A stretch of 64,000 nucleotides of DNA from Eledone cirrhosa (GCA_964016885.1 OZ024740.1:210676001-210740000); one strand, 5' to 3'. Counted from the stretch's first letter, positions 27,551 through 42,535 are shown. Translations and numbers: made by a program. Notes: generated by a model from the letters alone, not told the origin.

Positions 27551-27764
27551 GTTGTTTTTTGTTTAAAATGAATATTGGGTACAAAACCCCAATAACTGGT
27601 TATTTAACCCCGAAGGGCCAAATAACGGACAGAAAGACCCCTCTCACGAGGAGGAGGGTGTCTTTATCAACAATTTGGTTCAAGTTTTAAACAATTTACA
27701 ATTGTTTTAACGGTTAAAAATTACTATACCTTACAGAGCCGAGCCTCCGTCAACCATGGCATTC

Positions 27765-27799
<35 letters not shown>

Positions 27800-27874
27800 G
27801 AAGAAGAAGAAGAAGAAGAAGAAGAAAAAAAAACATTGTTTCTAAATTCACTAAATGGACTGATCACTAACAAT

Positions 27875-28115
27875 TATCAGGGGCCCCCTGCAGTAAGTGG
27901 GTGGGTGCACCAGCGATGGCCGTAGCAATTTCTTTATGGCCTCAACTGGGATATTTAGTTTTATGAAGGTTAGAATATTTGAATTTAATACCTGTATGTA
28001 TAACTTTTCAATTCCAATTACTTGCGCCAAGCTAACTTTGATATGTAAAATTGGGAGGTTTGCTATGTATTCTAATGTTATTTTAATGTATGCCCCCCCC
28101 CCCCCCCCCCCCTCC
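27875..28115 (+). mobile_element. Fragment of dispersed MITE-like repeat (also about 35300-35550 + and 60000-60269 -)
   Basis: Shared ccagcgatggccgtagcaatt..tggcctcaactggg..tacctgtatgtataac; the 60 kb copy ends aaatccggccct (Harbinger-like terminus). Confidence 0.5.
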
Positions 28116-28299
28116 GACGCAATGCATTTGCCATTCTGTCTGTGGGGCTCGGCTGAATCACCACCCAGAGTGCAGTGCAGAGTCTGACCCTCCCCCTCCT
28201 CTCACTTTCCTTCGTTGCTTCATTCTCTTTCCTTTTTATTGTTTCATTTAAATGTTATTATTTACACAGGTGAGTATGCCAGTTGTCAATATTATTATT

Positions 28300-28485
28300 T
28301 GATTGGCAGTATCGGTAGAGAGTCGGACACCAAGCTTTGCAGCATAAAGTTATGGCCCTTTATGATCTGAGTTCAAATCCTGCCAGGGTTAACTTTGCCT
28401 TTCATCCTTACGGGGCCGATAGAAAAAAGTACCAGTAATGTACTGGATAATTGCTGGCCTTGTGCCAAAAGTAGAAACAATTATT
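28300..28485 (+). mobile_element. tRNA-derived SINE (Meta-domain-like family)
   Basis: tggcagtatcggtaga, gagttcaaatcc, gcctttcatccttacgggg. Confidence 0.75.
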
Positions 28486-28640
28486 ATTTGTATATACACA
28501 CACACACACACACATATATATATATTATTAGTATATACACATATATATGAATATATATATATTATATATACTGTATATATATTATATAAATATTTATATA
28601 TATTATATATATATATATATATATATGTGTATATACTAAT

Positions 28641-28745
<105 letters not shown>

Positions 28746-28788
28746 TATTAGTATATACACATATATATGAATATATATATATTATATA

Positions 28789-28826
<38 letters not shown>

Positions 28827-28829
28827 ATA

Positions 28830-29746
28830 TATAGCACCAAACTAGCACCAAACTTTGGCATTGGGAACTGGACTAACCCCCCCGAACAGGACGTCACTGT
28901 GTGGTGCCAAAGGTCCCTTCTTCCACATCTAGAATAAGGAGCAGATATTGCAATAGCCTGGGGTTGAAAGGCCCTCAACTCTTCAACAAGCTGCCAAGGG
29001 ATTTGAGAGTTCTGCATGATGTGGCCAACACCAGTGGCATCCTAACCCAACAATATTAATAAGATAATTCCCTGAACATAAGAACTTCTCCCTACAGCGC
29101 CTACAGCCCCGTTTCTCTGGCAACAATGGTACTGGAAGGGGCTGTTCTGTAAAGATACAGAGATTTCGGTTTGGGGAGAGCCTCACTAGTGATGAATGTG
29201 TTGCACATTAACTTGAGGAGGAAGGCAGGAAAGCTGATTCCACTCAACGTGGTCATGGGAGACGTAGAGGGGGAGGTACAGAAAAAAAGTGTAGGTCAAG
29301 AAGTCCTCCCTCATCCCCATCGTCCTATTCCGATGAAGAAGATGACACTCCGTGCAACAAGTGTAAAAAATCTAGGGGTGAACGTTAGGTTTCATGTGAT
29401 CTATGTGATAAGTGGTACCACATGAACTGTGTTGGACTCCATTGCATTTCAGGGGAGATGGAAGAGGAGGAATGGATGTGCGACAACTGCAACCCGTAGG
29501 CTTAAATTGGAACTAAAACATTACGGACTTGAGTCTTGAGGCTGGGGCCTAATGCCCCACTTATGTGGGTAATATGCCCCACTTTAAAGGTCACTATTTA
29601 AAAAAATGATGTATTTATTCAACAAATTTACTGTAGTTTTATTGACAACAATGTGTTTGTTCTGATTAGATCATGTTTAGCTTTCCCTGCTTAAAAAACC
29701 CTTTAAAAATCAATAAGTGTGGAGCTTAATGACCCCATTTTCCCTA
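28830..29746 (+). mobile_element. 3' remnant of a probable pogo-like DNA transposon carrying a PHD-finger coding remnant
   Basis: 29341-29499 reads DDTPCNKCKKSRGER*VSCDLCDKWYHMNCVGL...WMCDNCNP* (C4HC3); subterminal tgccccac repeats and ccccattttccc|TA end. Confidence 0.55.
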
Positions 29747-30144
29747 AAATGTTCTCTGGGTAGATAATTTTACCTACCTTTTTATTCCGATATTTCTGTG
29801 TAATAATGACAAAGAACCTTCTTTATGATGTACACACACATACACACACACACACACACACACTACACACACCACGCACACACACACACACATATATATA
29901 TATACTCACACACACTCTCACACAGACGTGTTTATGCATATATAAATATACACATATACATATATACATATAAATATACATATATATATATATGTATATA
30001 TACAAACACGTGTATGTGCACCCACACATTCATATAACCCTCAAATAAATGTTATGATTCAATGTTCACGCTGACAGCTCAGGACAAACAAATACGTACA
30101 TACACTTTTTCTACCTCCATTGATCCTTCTATCCCCCCCCCCTC

Positions 30145-30180
<36 letters not shown>

Positions 30181-30183
<3 letters not shown>

Positions 30184-31080
30184 GAGTGTGTCTGAAATGT
30201 AACAGGACTTAGTGTGCTGAGTGAGCTATGAATGGGGTAAGGATTAGTGGGTTGCGTGGCCGTGTGACGTAATATCCGCGGAGTATATTACTGCGATCTC
30301 AGCTCTCTGCAGCCATTGTGTGTTGTTTTTATTGGCGTGTTTTAATTAACAGCTACTCGATTATAGGCCGATGAGTGATGGATACAGAGCAATGAACCAG
30401 CCTGGAGTTTTGGGTCCGGCTGGGGAAAACTCCGTCAGAAGCACTCGGAATACTGCAAGCAAGTGTATGGAGATGAGACGATGTCGCGCTCACGGATTTT
30501 CGAGAGGCACAAATGGTTTAAAGGGATATGAGGACGTGTAAGACGACCCCAGAAGAGGGAGGCCTCCAACGAGCACGACTGAGGCCAATGTTGAGAGCGT
30601 GAGGCAGGTGGTGCATGGTGATCGTCGGCTGACTGTTCGACTGATCGCAAGTGAGCTAGGCATGGGCCGCGACAGCGTTTAGAAGATTATCACCAAAGAT
30701 TTGGGCATGCGGAAGATCGCCGGCATACAACGGCCTGAACATCCGGCAGTTCCTGGCCGAGAACATAGCTGTGCTAGAACAACCTCCTTATTCACCTGAT
30801 CTTGCTCCGTGTGGCTTCTTTCTTTTCTCCAAGCTCAAGGGGGTCATCAAGTGGACCAGTTTTGAAGGCGCAGAGGTCATCAAGAGGGCCATAATGAAGG
30901 AGCTAAGGAGCATCCCAGAAGAATTCTCCTAGCAGTGCATAGAAGCGTGGCAGGGAAGGATGGAAATGTGCATTAGACACGAAGGGGATTACTTTGAAAA
31001 AGGAAACCATGTAGTTTGTTGTTTGGAATTGAAATAAATTATTTGTGACACCACTCCCGTTAATTTTCAGGCGTTATTTT
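30181..31080 (+). mobile_element. Decayed, internally deleted mariner-family element
   Basis: TA|cacgagtgtgtctgaaatgtaacagga left TIR, ctcccgttaattttcag right TIR remnant; YGDETMSRSRIFERHKWF, DDPRRGRP and QPPYSPDLAPCGFFLFSKLK motifs. Confidence 0.85.
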
Positions 31081-31363
31081 ATATAATAGGCAGGATGAGT
31101 TGGGGTGTAGAAGCCAACGAAAGTACCTAATTATGTCTCTGTGGTAACTAATTTTAAATATCCATAGAGCTGGTAAGCCACGATGGACTAGGAAAAGTAT
31201 TTAGTATTTCTATAATTAAAACACAAAATTCGGAGAGAGACAGAGAAGGAAAAATGTCTTTTTCTATATAGATACACTTATGTAAAGAGACAAATACACT
31301 ACCTGTAAGATAGTGAGTTCGCACAAGAATATATGTATAAGTATATATATATATATATATATA

Positions 31364-33048
<1,685 letters not shown>

Positions 33049-33725
33049 TAAGATAAGATAAGAGACTGGTAGGTCAAGGTGATATATATATATATATATA
33101 TACATGTGGAACCTTAGTAAACTCGAAGTTTTGGCTGTAGGCAAGCAAATTCGACCTACAATATGAATGAGTTAGCAAAGCACTCAATAAGGGTAGGTCC
33201 TTAGAGTAACAACATACGTTTAAATAGCTTGACAAGTTGAACATTGTGGTAGGCAAAACCTAACACAATACCAAAGCAACGAAAAACTGACAGGTTAAAA
33301 AAAGATACACCTGGACAAATCAAACGATAAACGTTTAAAGTGTTTCTGTGAATCCGAAATCAAATATCCAACTTACGTAACAGCACGCTCGTGGTATTCC
33401 ATGATCGAACAGAGGATTTATTTCATCAACAGGAGTTCTGTTCTGTCCAAAAGCGAGGTGGATTCTAAATGCTGCTGCTATGAGCGAGTTGAACGTACAT
33501 TTAGTTATCACGTGTTATTTCCAACAAGGGAAGCGACCCTCGGTTTTGGCGAGTAGATTCAAAGTGTTAACAAAGGAAATATTATAATTTCCGCTAACAT
33601 TCAGAATAAAAGCTCTTAACCAGATGTTATTAAACAAACACAAATAATTAACCAATCAACAGAATTGTCTAATTAAATTAATTAGTTAATTATTCAATCT
33701 AGGAGAAAATAATACACGTGGAAGC

Positions 33726-34005
33726 TGAGTAGTGAAGTTTTAAATCAACATATGTTGATTTAAAACTTCACTACTCACAAGTGTTTTTTAAGCTTCATAT
33801 CATGTCTCCCTATTTTATCTAATGAGAACGCAGATATCATCCCATGATGATATTTGTTTTTGAAATGCGCATAATAAAATACTTGGAACTCCTTTAACCA
33901 TCTTTTTATCTTATATTATTTATACTCCAGTCCTACAAACTGTAGAGTGCTACTTATCCAATATTTGCATTGCTTTATTGTGCTACAATAAAACTCACCT
34001 CCAAC

Positions 34006-34007
<2 letters not shown>
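33726..34007 (+). mobile_element. PLE terminal repeat (family C) with 52-bp palindrome at its 5' junction and a mutated hammerhead (33811-33881)
   Basis: Near-identical to 48480-48722; core reads CTAATGA; ends in (TA)n. Confidence 0.75.
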
Positions 34008-34051
<44 letters not shown>

Positions 34052-34080
34052 AACGCACACACACATATATATATACTGTT

Positions 34081-34190
<110 letters not shown>

Positions 34191-34309
34191 ACATAGATCT
34201 ATAGAATATGCATACAAACACTAACACATATATATCCTAGAAACGATCGTAAAATGATGAATTTTTTTAATATAAGGAACTGTTTCTTTGTTTATTCATT
34301 ACTTTATTA

Positions 34310-34438
<129 letters not shown>

Positions 34439-34669
34439 GAAGACATATACTGTTTTATAATATATATATAACAGTAGTGAAATAAGGTGATCGACTTGAG
34501 CCAGGATTGTGTTATGAAAAGAAAGGTGATTATATTAAAGAATGAGATTTGACAGGCTTGATAAGGGTTGTAATTAAAACTAGACTACATGTTGTCACTA
34601 CAGACGGCAGATTTAATAACCATAACACCGTACAGTATAATAGCAATAATTATGGTAATTGGAATTGTA

Positions 34670-35200
34670 ATAATGATGGTGGTGGTGGTGGTGGTGGTGG
34701 TGGTGGTGGTGGTGGTAGTTTTGGTGGTGGTGGTTTTAGTGGTGGTGGTTGTGATGGTGGTGGTGGTTTTAGTGGTGGTGGTTGTGATGGTGGTGGTGGT
34801 TTTAGTGGTGGTGGTAGTAGTAGTGATGGTGGTGGTGGTGGTGGTGGTGATGGGGGTGATAGGGTGGTGGTGGTGATGGTTGTGGTGGTCGTAGTGGTGG
34901 TTTTGGTGGTGGTGGTGGTGGTGATGGGGGTGATAGGGTGGTGGTCGTAGTGATGGTTTTGGTGGTGATGGTGACGGTGATGTTGGTGGTGGTCATAGGG
35001 TGTTGATTGTGGTGTTGATAGTGGCGGTGTTGGTGGTGATTATGGGGTGGTGTTGGTAATGGTGGTGTTGATGATGGTGTTGATGGTGGTGTTGATGGTG
35101 GTGGTGTTGATGATGGTGTTGATGGTGGTGTTGGTGGTGTTGGTGTTGATGGTGTTGGTAGTGTTGATGATCATGATGGGGATATGATGGTTGTGGTGTT
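34670..35200. repeat. (GGT/GAT)n degenerate trinucleotide array
   Basis: Direct reading. Confidence 0.9.
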
Positions 35201-35889
35201 GGGATTTTACATATCTCTATAGCAACTCTGCATCTCCCCATGTATTGAGTACTCCCATGATTAGTGGTCTCTTCGATCTCAAAATCACAAACTCTCCATC
35301 CAAGGCCAGACTTAATGATGGGGTGGGGTTGGTGGGGAGGGGGGGGATTTCACCAGATCCCCTGCAATGAGAGGGCCTCACCACTGACGGCCGTAGCAAT
35401 TTATTTGTGCCCTCAGCAGAGCTTTTTAGTGTTAGGATGGTTAGAATTTTAAAATGTAATACCTGTATGTATAACAATTCAATTGGTTTAAGCTTGACGT
35501 AATTTTCATGAGAATTTAGCATGACTAAGCTGACCTTTTTAATTACAGGTACATTCCATTTGAGGAGGGCTTCCAAGTCACATAGCAATTTCATCAAGTT
35601 TTAACACCACTAAGTTGTAGCTTGAAAAGCCGATTTCTTTGGTGAAAATTTCTTTAGACAAATCAACAACCAGCAATATAGTTTTGAGAAAAAATAAATA
35701 AAATATATAGAGTAAACATCTGCTAAATTAATTGGATAATCTATTGAAAATATAAAGAGGTTGTTGAGAGTTACGTTAAAGTATTTAGTAATTCCGAATT
35801 GAGATTTCTCTTAATTAAACAAAACAGCAAATGTTTTTATTATTTCACTGAAGTCAATTCTCCCAACAAAATCACTCACATTATTCACC

Positions 35890-36312
35890 AGGATTGGCAG
35901 AATCGGTAGAGCGCCGGACAATATACTTAGCGACATAGAATTACGGCCCTTTAGGTTCTGGTTTCAAATCCCGTCGAAGTTAGCTTTGCCTTTCATCCTT
36001 ACGGAGTCGATAAAATGAAGTACCAGTAATGCATTCGGGTCGTTTTAATCGACTCCCCCCCCACTTTAAATTGCTGGCCTTGTGCCAAATATAGAAACAA
36101 TTATTTACTAAGGAGGGTGGATTGGCAGAATCGGTTGAACGTCTGACAAACTGCTTTGTGTTATAGAGTTGCGGCCATTTACGTTCTGATTTCAAATCCC
36201 GTCGAAGTTAGCTTTGCCTTTCATCTTTACTGGGGTCGATAAAATAAAGTACCAGTAACGCACTGGGCTCGATTTAATCGACTTTCCCCTTCCACAAACA
36301 TTTTTGGCCATG
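35890..36312 (+). mobile_element. Two head-to-tail tRNA-derived SINEs (Meta-domain-like family)
   Basis: ggattggcagaatcggt...ttcaaatcccg...gcctttcatc occurs twice. Confidence 0.75.
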
Positions 36313-36479
36313 ACTTAGGGAACCCCATGCATAATAAATTATTATAAACCATTATTAATATCTCTTTTAGAGGTTGAAGCCTTTATTATCATAATCAAAG
36401 AATTTCCAACAATATACTGCAAGTCAATAGTAAAATTACGTATATAAAATTAAACAAAAATTACTCAAAAATGCATTAG

Positions 36480-36564
36480 CTTATTTATCACTGTGGCGTG
36501 CGGAACCTCTAGCGACCTCTTGTAGAACCCTAGGGTTCTGGAAAACACTAGTTGAGAAACGCTG
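36480..36564. mobile_element. hAT/Charlie-like terminal fragment
   Basis: agaaccctagggttct palindrome followed by gttgagaaacgctg (reverse complement CAGCGTTTCTCAAC). Confidence 0.55.
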
Positions 36565-36875
36565 ATGTAGAGACTTGACAAACATTCAGTTTACATGACA
36601 AAATATACGCGGCTTTGATAGACTTAGAACAATTATCAAGATGTATTATTTGGAAATTCGAAAACGCATAACACCATTGCCATAATTTTATAGAAACGTA
36701 TTTGTCTCGTGTATTTGATGTCAATCCCGCTAATAAGACAAACATTTATTGCTGATATAACTATAATTTGGTTAAAGAAACTGAAAAAAGAAAGCAGTAT
36801 TGGAAAGGACTATAAATGCCATAAATGAGAAGAAAAAGAGGAGAATAGCAAACAAAGAAGCTGAAGCATGGAAGA

Positions 36876-38491
36876 AACTACTTGCATCAGTTGTTAGCTG
36901 TCGGGACACTGCATCCTTCAAACTACCTGCATCAGTTGTTAGCTGTCGGGACACTGCATCCTTCAAACTACCTGCATCAGTTGTTAGCTGTCGGGACACT
37001 GCATCCTTCAAAATACCTGCATCAGTTGTTAGCTGTCGGGACACTGCACCCTTCACACTACCTGCATCAGTTGTTAGCTGTCGAGACACTGCACCCTTCA
37101 AAATACCTGCATCAGTTGTTAGCTGTCGGGACACTGCACCCTTCAAAATACCTGCATCAGTTGTTAGCTGTCGGGTCACTGCACCCTTCAAAATACCTGC
37201 ATCAGTTGTTAGCTGTCGGGACACTACACCCTTCAAACTACCTGCATCAGTTGTTAGCTGTCGGGACACTGCACCCTTCAAACTACCTGCATCAGTTGTT
37301 AGCTGTCGGGACACTGCACCCTTCAAACTACCTGCATCAGTTGTTAGCTGTCGGGACACTGCACCCTTCACACTACCTGCATCAGTTGTTAGCTGTCGGG
37401 ACACTGCATCCTTCAAACTACCTGCATCAGTTGTTAGCTGTCGGGACACTGCACCCTTCAAACTACCTGCATCAGTTGTTAGCTGTCGGGACACTGCATC
37501 CTTCAAACTACCTGCATCAGTTGTTAGCTGTCGGGACACTGCACCCTTCAAACTACCTGCATCAGTTGTTAGCTGTCGGGACACTTCATCCTTCAAACTA
37601 CCTGCATCAGTTGTTAGCTGTCGGGACACTGCATCCTTCAAACTACCTGCATCAGTTGTTAGCTGTCGGGACACTGCATCCTTCAAACTACCTGCATCAG
37701 TTGTTAGCTGTCGGGACACTGCACCCTTCACACTACCTGCATCAGTTGTTAGCTGTCGGGACACTGCATCCTTCAAACTACCTGCATCAGTTGTTAGCTG
37801 TCGGGACACTGCACCCTTCACACTACCTGCATCAGTTGTTAGCTGTCGGGACACTGCATCCTTCAAACTACCTGCATCAGTTGTTAGCTGTCGGGACACT
37901 GCACCCTTCAAACTACCTGCATCAGTTGTTAGCTGTCGGGACACTGCATCCTTCAAACTACCTGCATCAGTTGTTAGCTGTCGGGACACTGCATCCTTCA
38001 AACTACCTGCATTAGTTGTTAGCTGTCGGGACACTGCATCCTTCAAACTACCTGCATCAGTTGTTAGCTGTCGGGACACTGCACCCTTCAAACTACCTGC
38101 ATCAGTTGTTAGCTGTCGGGACACTTCATCCTTCAAACTACCTGCATCAGTTGTTAGCTGTCGGGACACTGCATCCTTCAAACTACCTGCATCAGTTGTT
38201 AGCTGTCGGGACACTGCATCCTTCAAACTACCTGCATCAGTTGTTAGCTGTCGGGACACTGCATCCTTCAAACTACCTGCATCAGTTGTTAGCTGTCGGG
38301 ACACTGCATCCTTCAAACTACCTGCATCAGTTGTTAGCTGTCGGGACACTGCATCCTTCAAACTACCTGCATCAGTTGTTAGCTGTCGGGACACTGCATC
38401 CTTCAAACTACCTGCATCAGTTGTTAGCTGTCGGGACACTGCACCCTTCAAACTACCTGCATCAGTTGTTAGCTGTCGGGACACTGCACCC
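36876..38491. repeat. 45-bp minisatellite, about 36 highly homogeneous copies
   Basis: Unit aactacctgcatcagttgttagctgtcgggacactgca(t/c)ccttca. Confidence 0.97.
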
Positions 38492-38711
38492 TATATATAT
38501 ATATATATATTGGAAAATGTGTGATATCCTTGGCACAGTTAGGTATATTTGAAAAAAAAGGAAAAGAATGACTTCACGTGTAGCGTTAAAATATTTTATG
38601 ATTTAATGTTATAATGTTATAATATAATATTATAATATTATATTATAACATTATAACATTATATCTTGACATTTTTTATCACTACAAGTGAAGTCATTCT
38701 TTTCCTTTTTT

Positions 38712-38750
<39 letters not shown>

Positions 38751-38812
38751 TTGACACAGCATCCTTCAAAACGGCTGACCTCCGGCCGTTTCGAAACGTG
38801 TTCTACGGCATC

Positions 38813-38889
<77 letters not shown>

Positions 38890-38893
<4 letters not shown>

Positions 38894-39800
38894 CTGACGT
38901 ACCTAGCTTCGCTTGGATAAACAGACGATAAGCCGTCTGTGTAGTATAGTATTACTGTTGAAAATATATTGTACAGTATTACTGTTGAAAATATATAGTA
39001 TAGTATTAATGTTAAAAATATATAGTATAGTATTACTGTTGAAAATATATAGTATAGTATAGTATCACTGTTGAAAATATATAGTATAATATTACTGTTG
39101 AAAATATATAGTATAGTATAGTATCACTGTTGAAAATATATAGTATAATATTACTGTTGAAAATATATAGTATAGTATTAATGTTAAAAATATATAGTAC
39201 AGTATTACTGTTGAAAATATATAGTACAGTATTACTGTTGAAAATATATTGTATAGTATTAATGTTAAAAATATATAGTATAGTGTTACTGTTGAAAATA
39301 TATAGTATAGTATAGTATCACTGTTGAAAATATATAGTATAATATTACTGTTGAAAATATATAGTATAGTATTAATGTTAAAAATATATAGTACAGTATT
39401 ACTGTTGAAAATATATAGTACAGTATTACTGTTGAAAATATATAGTACAGTATTACTGTTGAAAATATATAGTACAGTATTACTGTTGAAAATATATAGT
39501 ACAGTACAGTATTACAGTTGAAAATATTTAGTGGAGTACAGCATTACTGTTGAAAATATATAGTATAGTATTACTGTTGAAAATATATAGTATAGTATAG
39601 TATTACTGTTGAAAATATGTACACGAATATAAAATTATCTATATATATATATAGATAGATAGATAATTAATTAAAAGTTGGTTAGAAGCGAAGTCAATGC
39701 AGACAGGCAACCAGACAGAGAGATATTATAAGAGTGCGACGTTATAGCTATGCATCTATCTAAAAAGACAGACTAAGAAAGAGAGAGGAATGTCGTATTA
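38890..39800 (-). mobile_element. Helitron-derived element containing a 27-bp satellite (38940-39620)
   Basis: 3'-end-like ccaagcgaagctagg..cagCTA; unit tagtattactgttgaaaatatatagta; 39665-39797 matches the 32005-32197 Helitron interior. Confidence 0.6.
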
Positions 39801-39984
39801 TATATATTATATATAATAAAGTACCAGTAATATAGTGGGATAATTGCTGGCCTTGTGCCAAAAGTAGAAACAATTATACTTCTTTTTTATACAACTGTAA
39901 ATAACATGTTTATGTATGTATATATACGAATATATACGTATAAAGGAATGCTGTATTAAAATGTACAAATTAAACTGTTTCTTA

Positions 39985-40932
39985 TCTATATATATAAAAC
40001 TGTGGTTGTCTGTCTGTCTATCGATTTTTGGCACACATCTCCTCTTAGAATCTCTCACGGAATTGCACCGAAATTGCTATACTTGTACATTGAGCCCTAG
40101 CGAAGACATCGGAAAAAAAATATTTCAAATTGACCCACCCTATGTGACGAAATCGAATATAATGTATCGATTTTTGAGCGTAAGTTATCAGTTATTTCCC
40201 TTTGTTCTGTTTACATTGAGCGTCTTACGTAAAAAATTACGCTGGCTTTCTCAGCGTTTAAAATGACATTAACACAATACACGAACAGTTGTCGAGCCAG
40301 CAAAATATTGACCTGCAAAATTCATCAGTTCGAACACTAAGCTTCCGTTTTGCTTCATTTCCATTTAAAAGCATTTTAAAACAATATTTTTACTTGAAAA
40401 CAAGTCTATTTAAAGACTACGTAAAACAAGCAAATATTTCGTCGTTAGGCGTGCAGACAGACAGTCGTGCAGACAGACAGTCGTGCAAAGAGGTGATATA
40501 CGCGTGCAGACAGATAGTCGTGCAGAGAGGTGATATAGGCGTGCAGACAGACAGTCGTGCAGAGAGGTGATATAGGCGTGCAGACAGACAGTCGTGCAGA
40601 GAGGTGATATAGGCGTGCAGACAGACATAACTGATAATTTGGTTACGCTAATGTTTTTCTCTGCGTTGCAGTGTTTACATTTTCGATCTTTGTTAATAAA
40701 TAACCAGTGCAGTTTCTATCCCCAGCATCCTCTTTTGTTATAACATTCGGGTTATCGTTATGTTTTCTTAACTTCATAAGGCATATTGTTGGTTGAGGGA
40801 ATATTAATCAAAAACACCACATGCAAGTCTGCACAGTAGACACTACAGTTTTTAAGCCAAGAAAGAAACTTAACATTGTAACTTTAACACAGCTACTGAG
40901 CGACCCCGAGCAACGCCGGGCTTTACTGCTAG
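39985..40932 (+). mobile_element. Non-autonomous Helitron with internal 37-bp tandem repeat (40449-40627)
   Basis: A|TCTATATATATAAAA 5' end; cccgagcaacgccggg hairpin and CTAG|T 3' end. Confidence 0.85.
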
Positions 40933-41011
40933 TTTATGATATTAACACTATATGTATATATATATATACACTATATATATATACACTATATATATATACA
41001 CACACTATATA

Positions 41012-41059
<48 letters not shown>

Positions 41060-41063
<4 letters not shown>

Positions 41064-41410
41064 TAGCGAAGCCTATGTACAGAATGGCTTTCGTAATGCA
41101 GACAGCCAGACATACAGACAGATATAAGGGCGCGACGTTATAGCTATGTATCTATTTAAAAAGACAGACTAAGAAAGAGAGAGGAATGTCGTATAACCGG
41201 AAGTGTTGACATCTGAAAATTTGAAAGAAGTGAATATTTAAATAAACAATAAAATATCTTTAATCTTTTAACTAAATTTAGTAGACAAAAATACCCTCAC
41301 TTTCTTCCTTGGAAAAAGTTATATCTATGGTGCAAATTTGGTGCTGTTTGGTCCAGTCGTTTGGCGAAAAGTTTGTTGCATACATACGGCCGTCAGCTTT
41401 ATAATATAGA
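41060..41410 (-). mobile_element. Helitron 5' fragment
   Basis: Near-identical to 32095-32410; minus strand begins A|TCTATATTATAAAG. Confidence 0.75.
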
Positions 41411-41489
41411 TATAGTTCAAGGAAACGACAAGACAGAGGTACACAAATTCTTGTTAGTTTCACGCTTTATATGGAAAAAGGGAAAGAAA

Positions 41490-41525
41490 GTTCGATGTGT
41501 CGGGCTTTAGCCCTTCTTCAGGAGT
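41490..41525 (-). ncRNA. Degenerate minimal hammerhead motif (PLE-type)
   Basis: CTGAAGA a gggc-taaa-gccc GACA ca TC; GAAA mutated. Confidence 0.4.
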
Positions 41526-41582
41526 ACTAAAATAGAAACAGGATCACTAAGCATAGATACAGAAAATGACCCGTAGAGTCCC

Positions 41583-42535
41583 TTTGACAGGGTTCCTTAC
41601 AACATTCTTCTGAAAAAACTATCCAACATTGGTGTCTCTGGAAATTTTCTGCAGTGGATCAAGTGTTTCCTGTCAAATAGAGTCCGACATGTTGTTGTCG
41701 AAGGAGTAAAATCCAGCTCAGACAACGTCAGTAGTGGTGTCCCACAAGGCACTTTGTTGGGCCCACTTCTTTTCATTATCTACTGACATTACTGACATCA
41801 TCAAGCGCAGTAGCATAAAAATCTTCGCAGATGTTTCCAAGCTCCAGAAGGTCACCAATGGCGTGGGTGACCGGATATGCCTCCAATCAGATCTACTGGC
41901 TGTTATCCAATGGGCGGAAAAGAACAATATGCTGCTGAACGAGGATAAATTTGAGTTAAACCACTTTGGAAAAGAGGATGCCCTGAATCTCCCATACTCC
42001 CTTCCTTCAGGTGAAACTCTCGTGGCATCCAATAACATCGGCCACTCATATAAACATCAAAGTTGACATGGCCCGCAGAATGTGTTCCTGAATTCTCAGA
42101 ACCTTCCAATCGAGAGATATCCACACTATTATCCTTCTCTTCTCCACTTTTCCATCAGCATTGCCCAAATGATGTTGGCATCACCTTTAAACTACACCCA
42201 AGGCTTGAGCCCCGTGCTATCCGCCCACAACAAAAATCACACTCGCATCTCATAATAACAATACGGTACAATTATTTCACCTCAATTGGCCCCGCTCTCT
42301 TTAGCATTACACCAAAATACATTAAAACAGAAACAGACTCCATAAAGTTCAAGAAGTCTTTGGACAAATTCTTTCAAGAAATCCCGAATAAACCTCCTAC
42401 ACCCGGATATGTCTCCGTAAACAATAACTCACTACTTGAGTGGGCCAAGGTGTCCAAATTCTGATTTGAAAGACTTCGCCACCTTAGACATGGCCTGGGC
42501 CAATACTGGCCAAAACCTATCAAACTTATCAAAGT
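41583..42535 (+). pseudogene. CR1/L2-group LINE RT 3' fragment, deleted and frameshifted
   Basis: FDRVPYNILLKKL..LQWIKCFLSNR..SGVPQGTLLGP..IFADVSKL..LQSDL..QWAEKNNMLLNEDK. Confidence 0.85.

Larger units (their letters stand above)
21727..27764 (-). mobile_element. Full-length Tx1-clade (L1 superfamily) LINE inserted in an (AAT)n/(ATT)n tract
   Basis: Two intact ORFs; (AAT)n immediately on both sides (up to 21726 and from 27765); AATAAA just before the 3' end on minus strand. Confidence 0.9.

Noticed and set aside
18245-27584. Short antisense and overlapping ORFs within the two LINEs
   Set aside because: Shadow frames of the real ORFs.
33100-33720. Tigger-like MITE starting tacatgtggaaccttagtaaactcgaa
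   Set aside because: No matching right TIR found by eye.
35890-35975. tRNA gene
   Set aside because: A/B boxes belong to a multicopy SINE head; no complete cloverleaf.
36876-38491. CRISPR array or tandem hammerhead satellite
   Set aside because: Units are contiguous with no unique spacers and no cas genes; the minus strand has CTGATGC, not CTGANGA, and no GAAA core.
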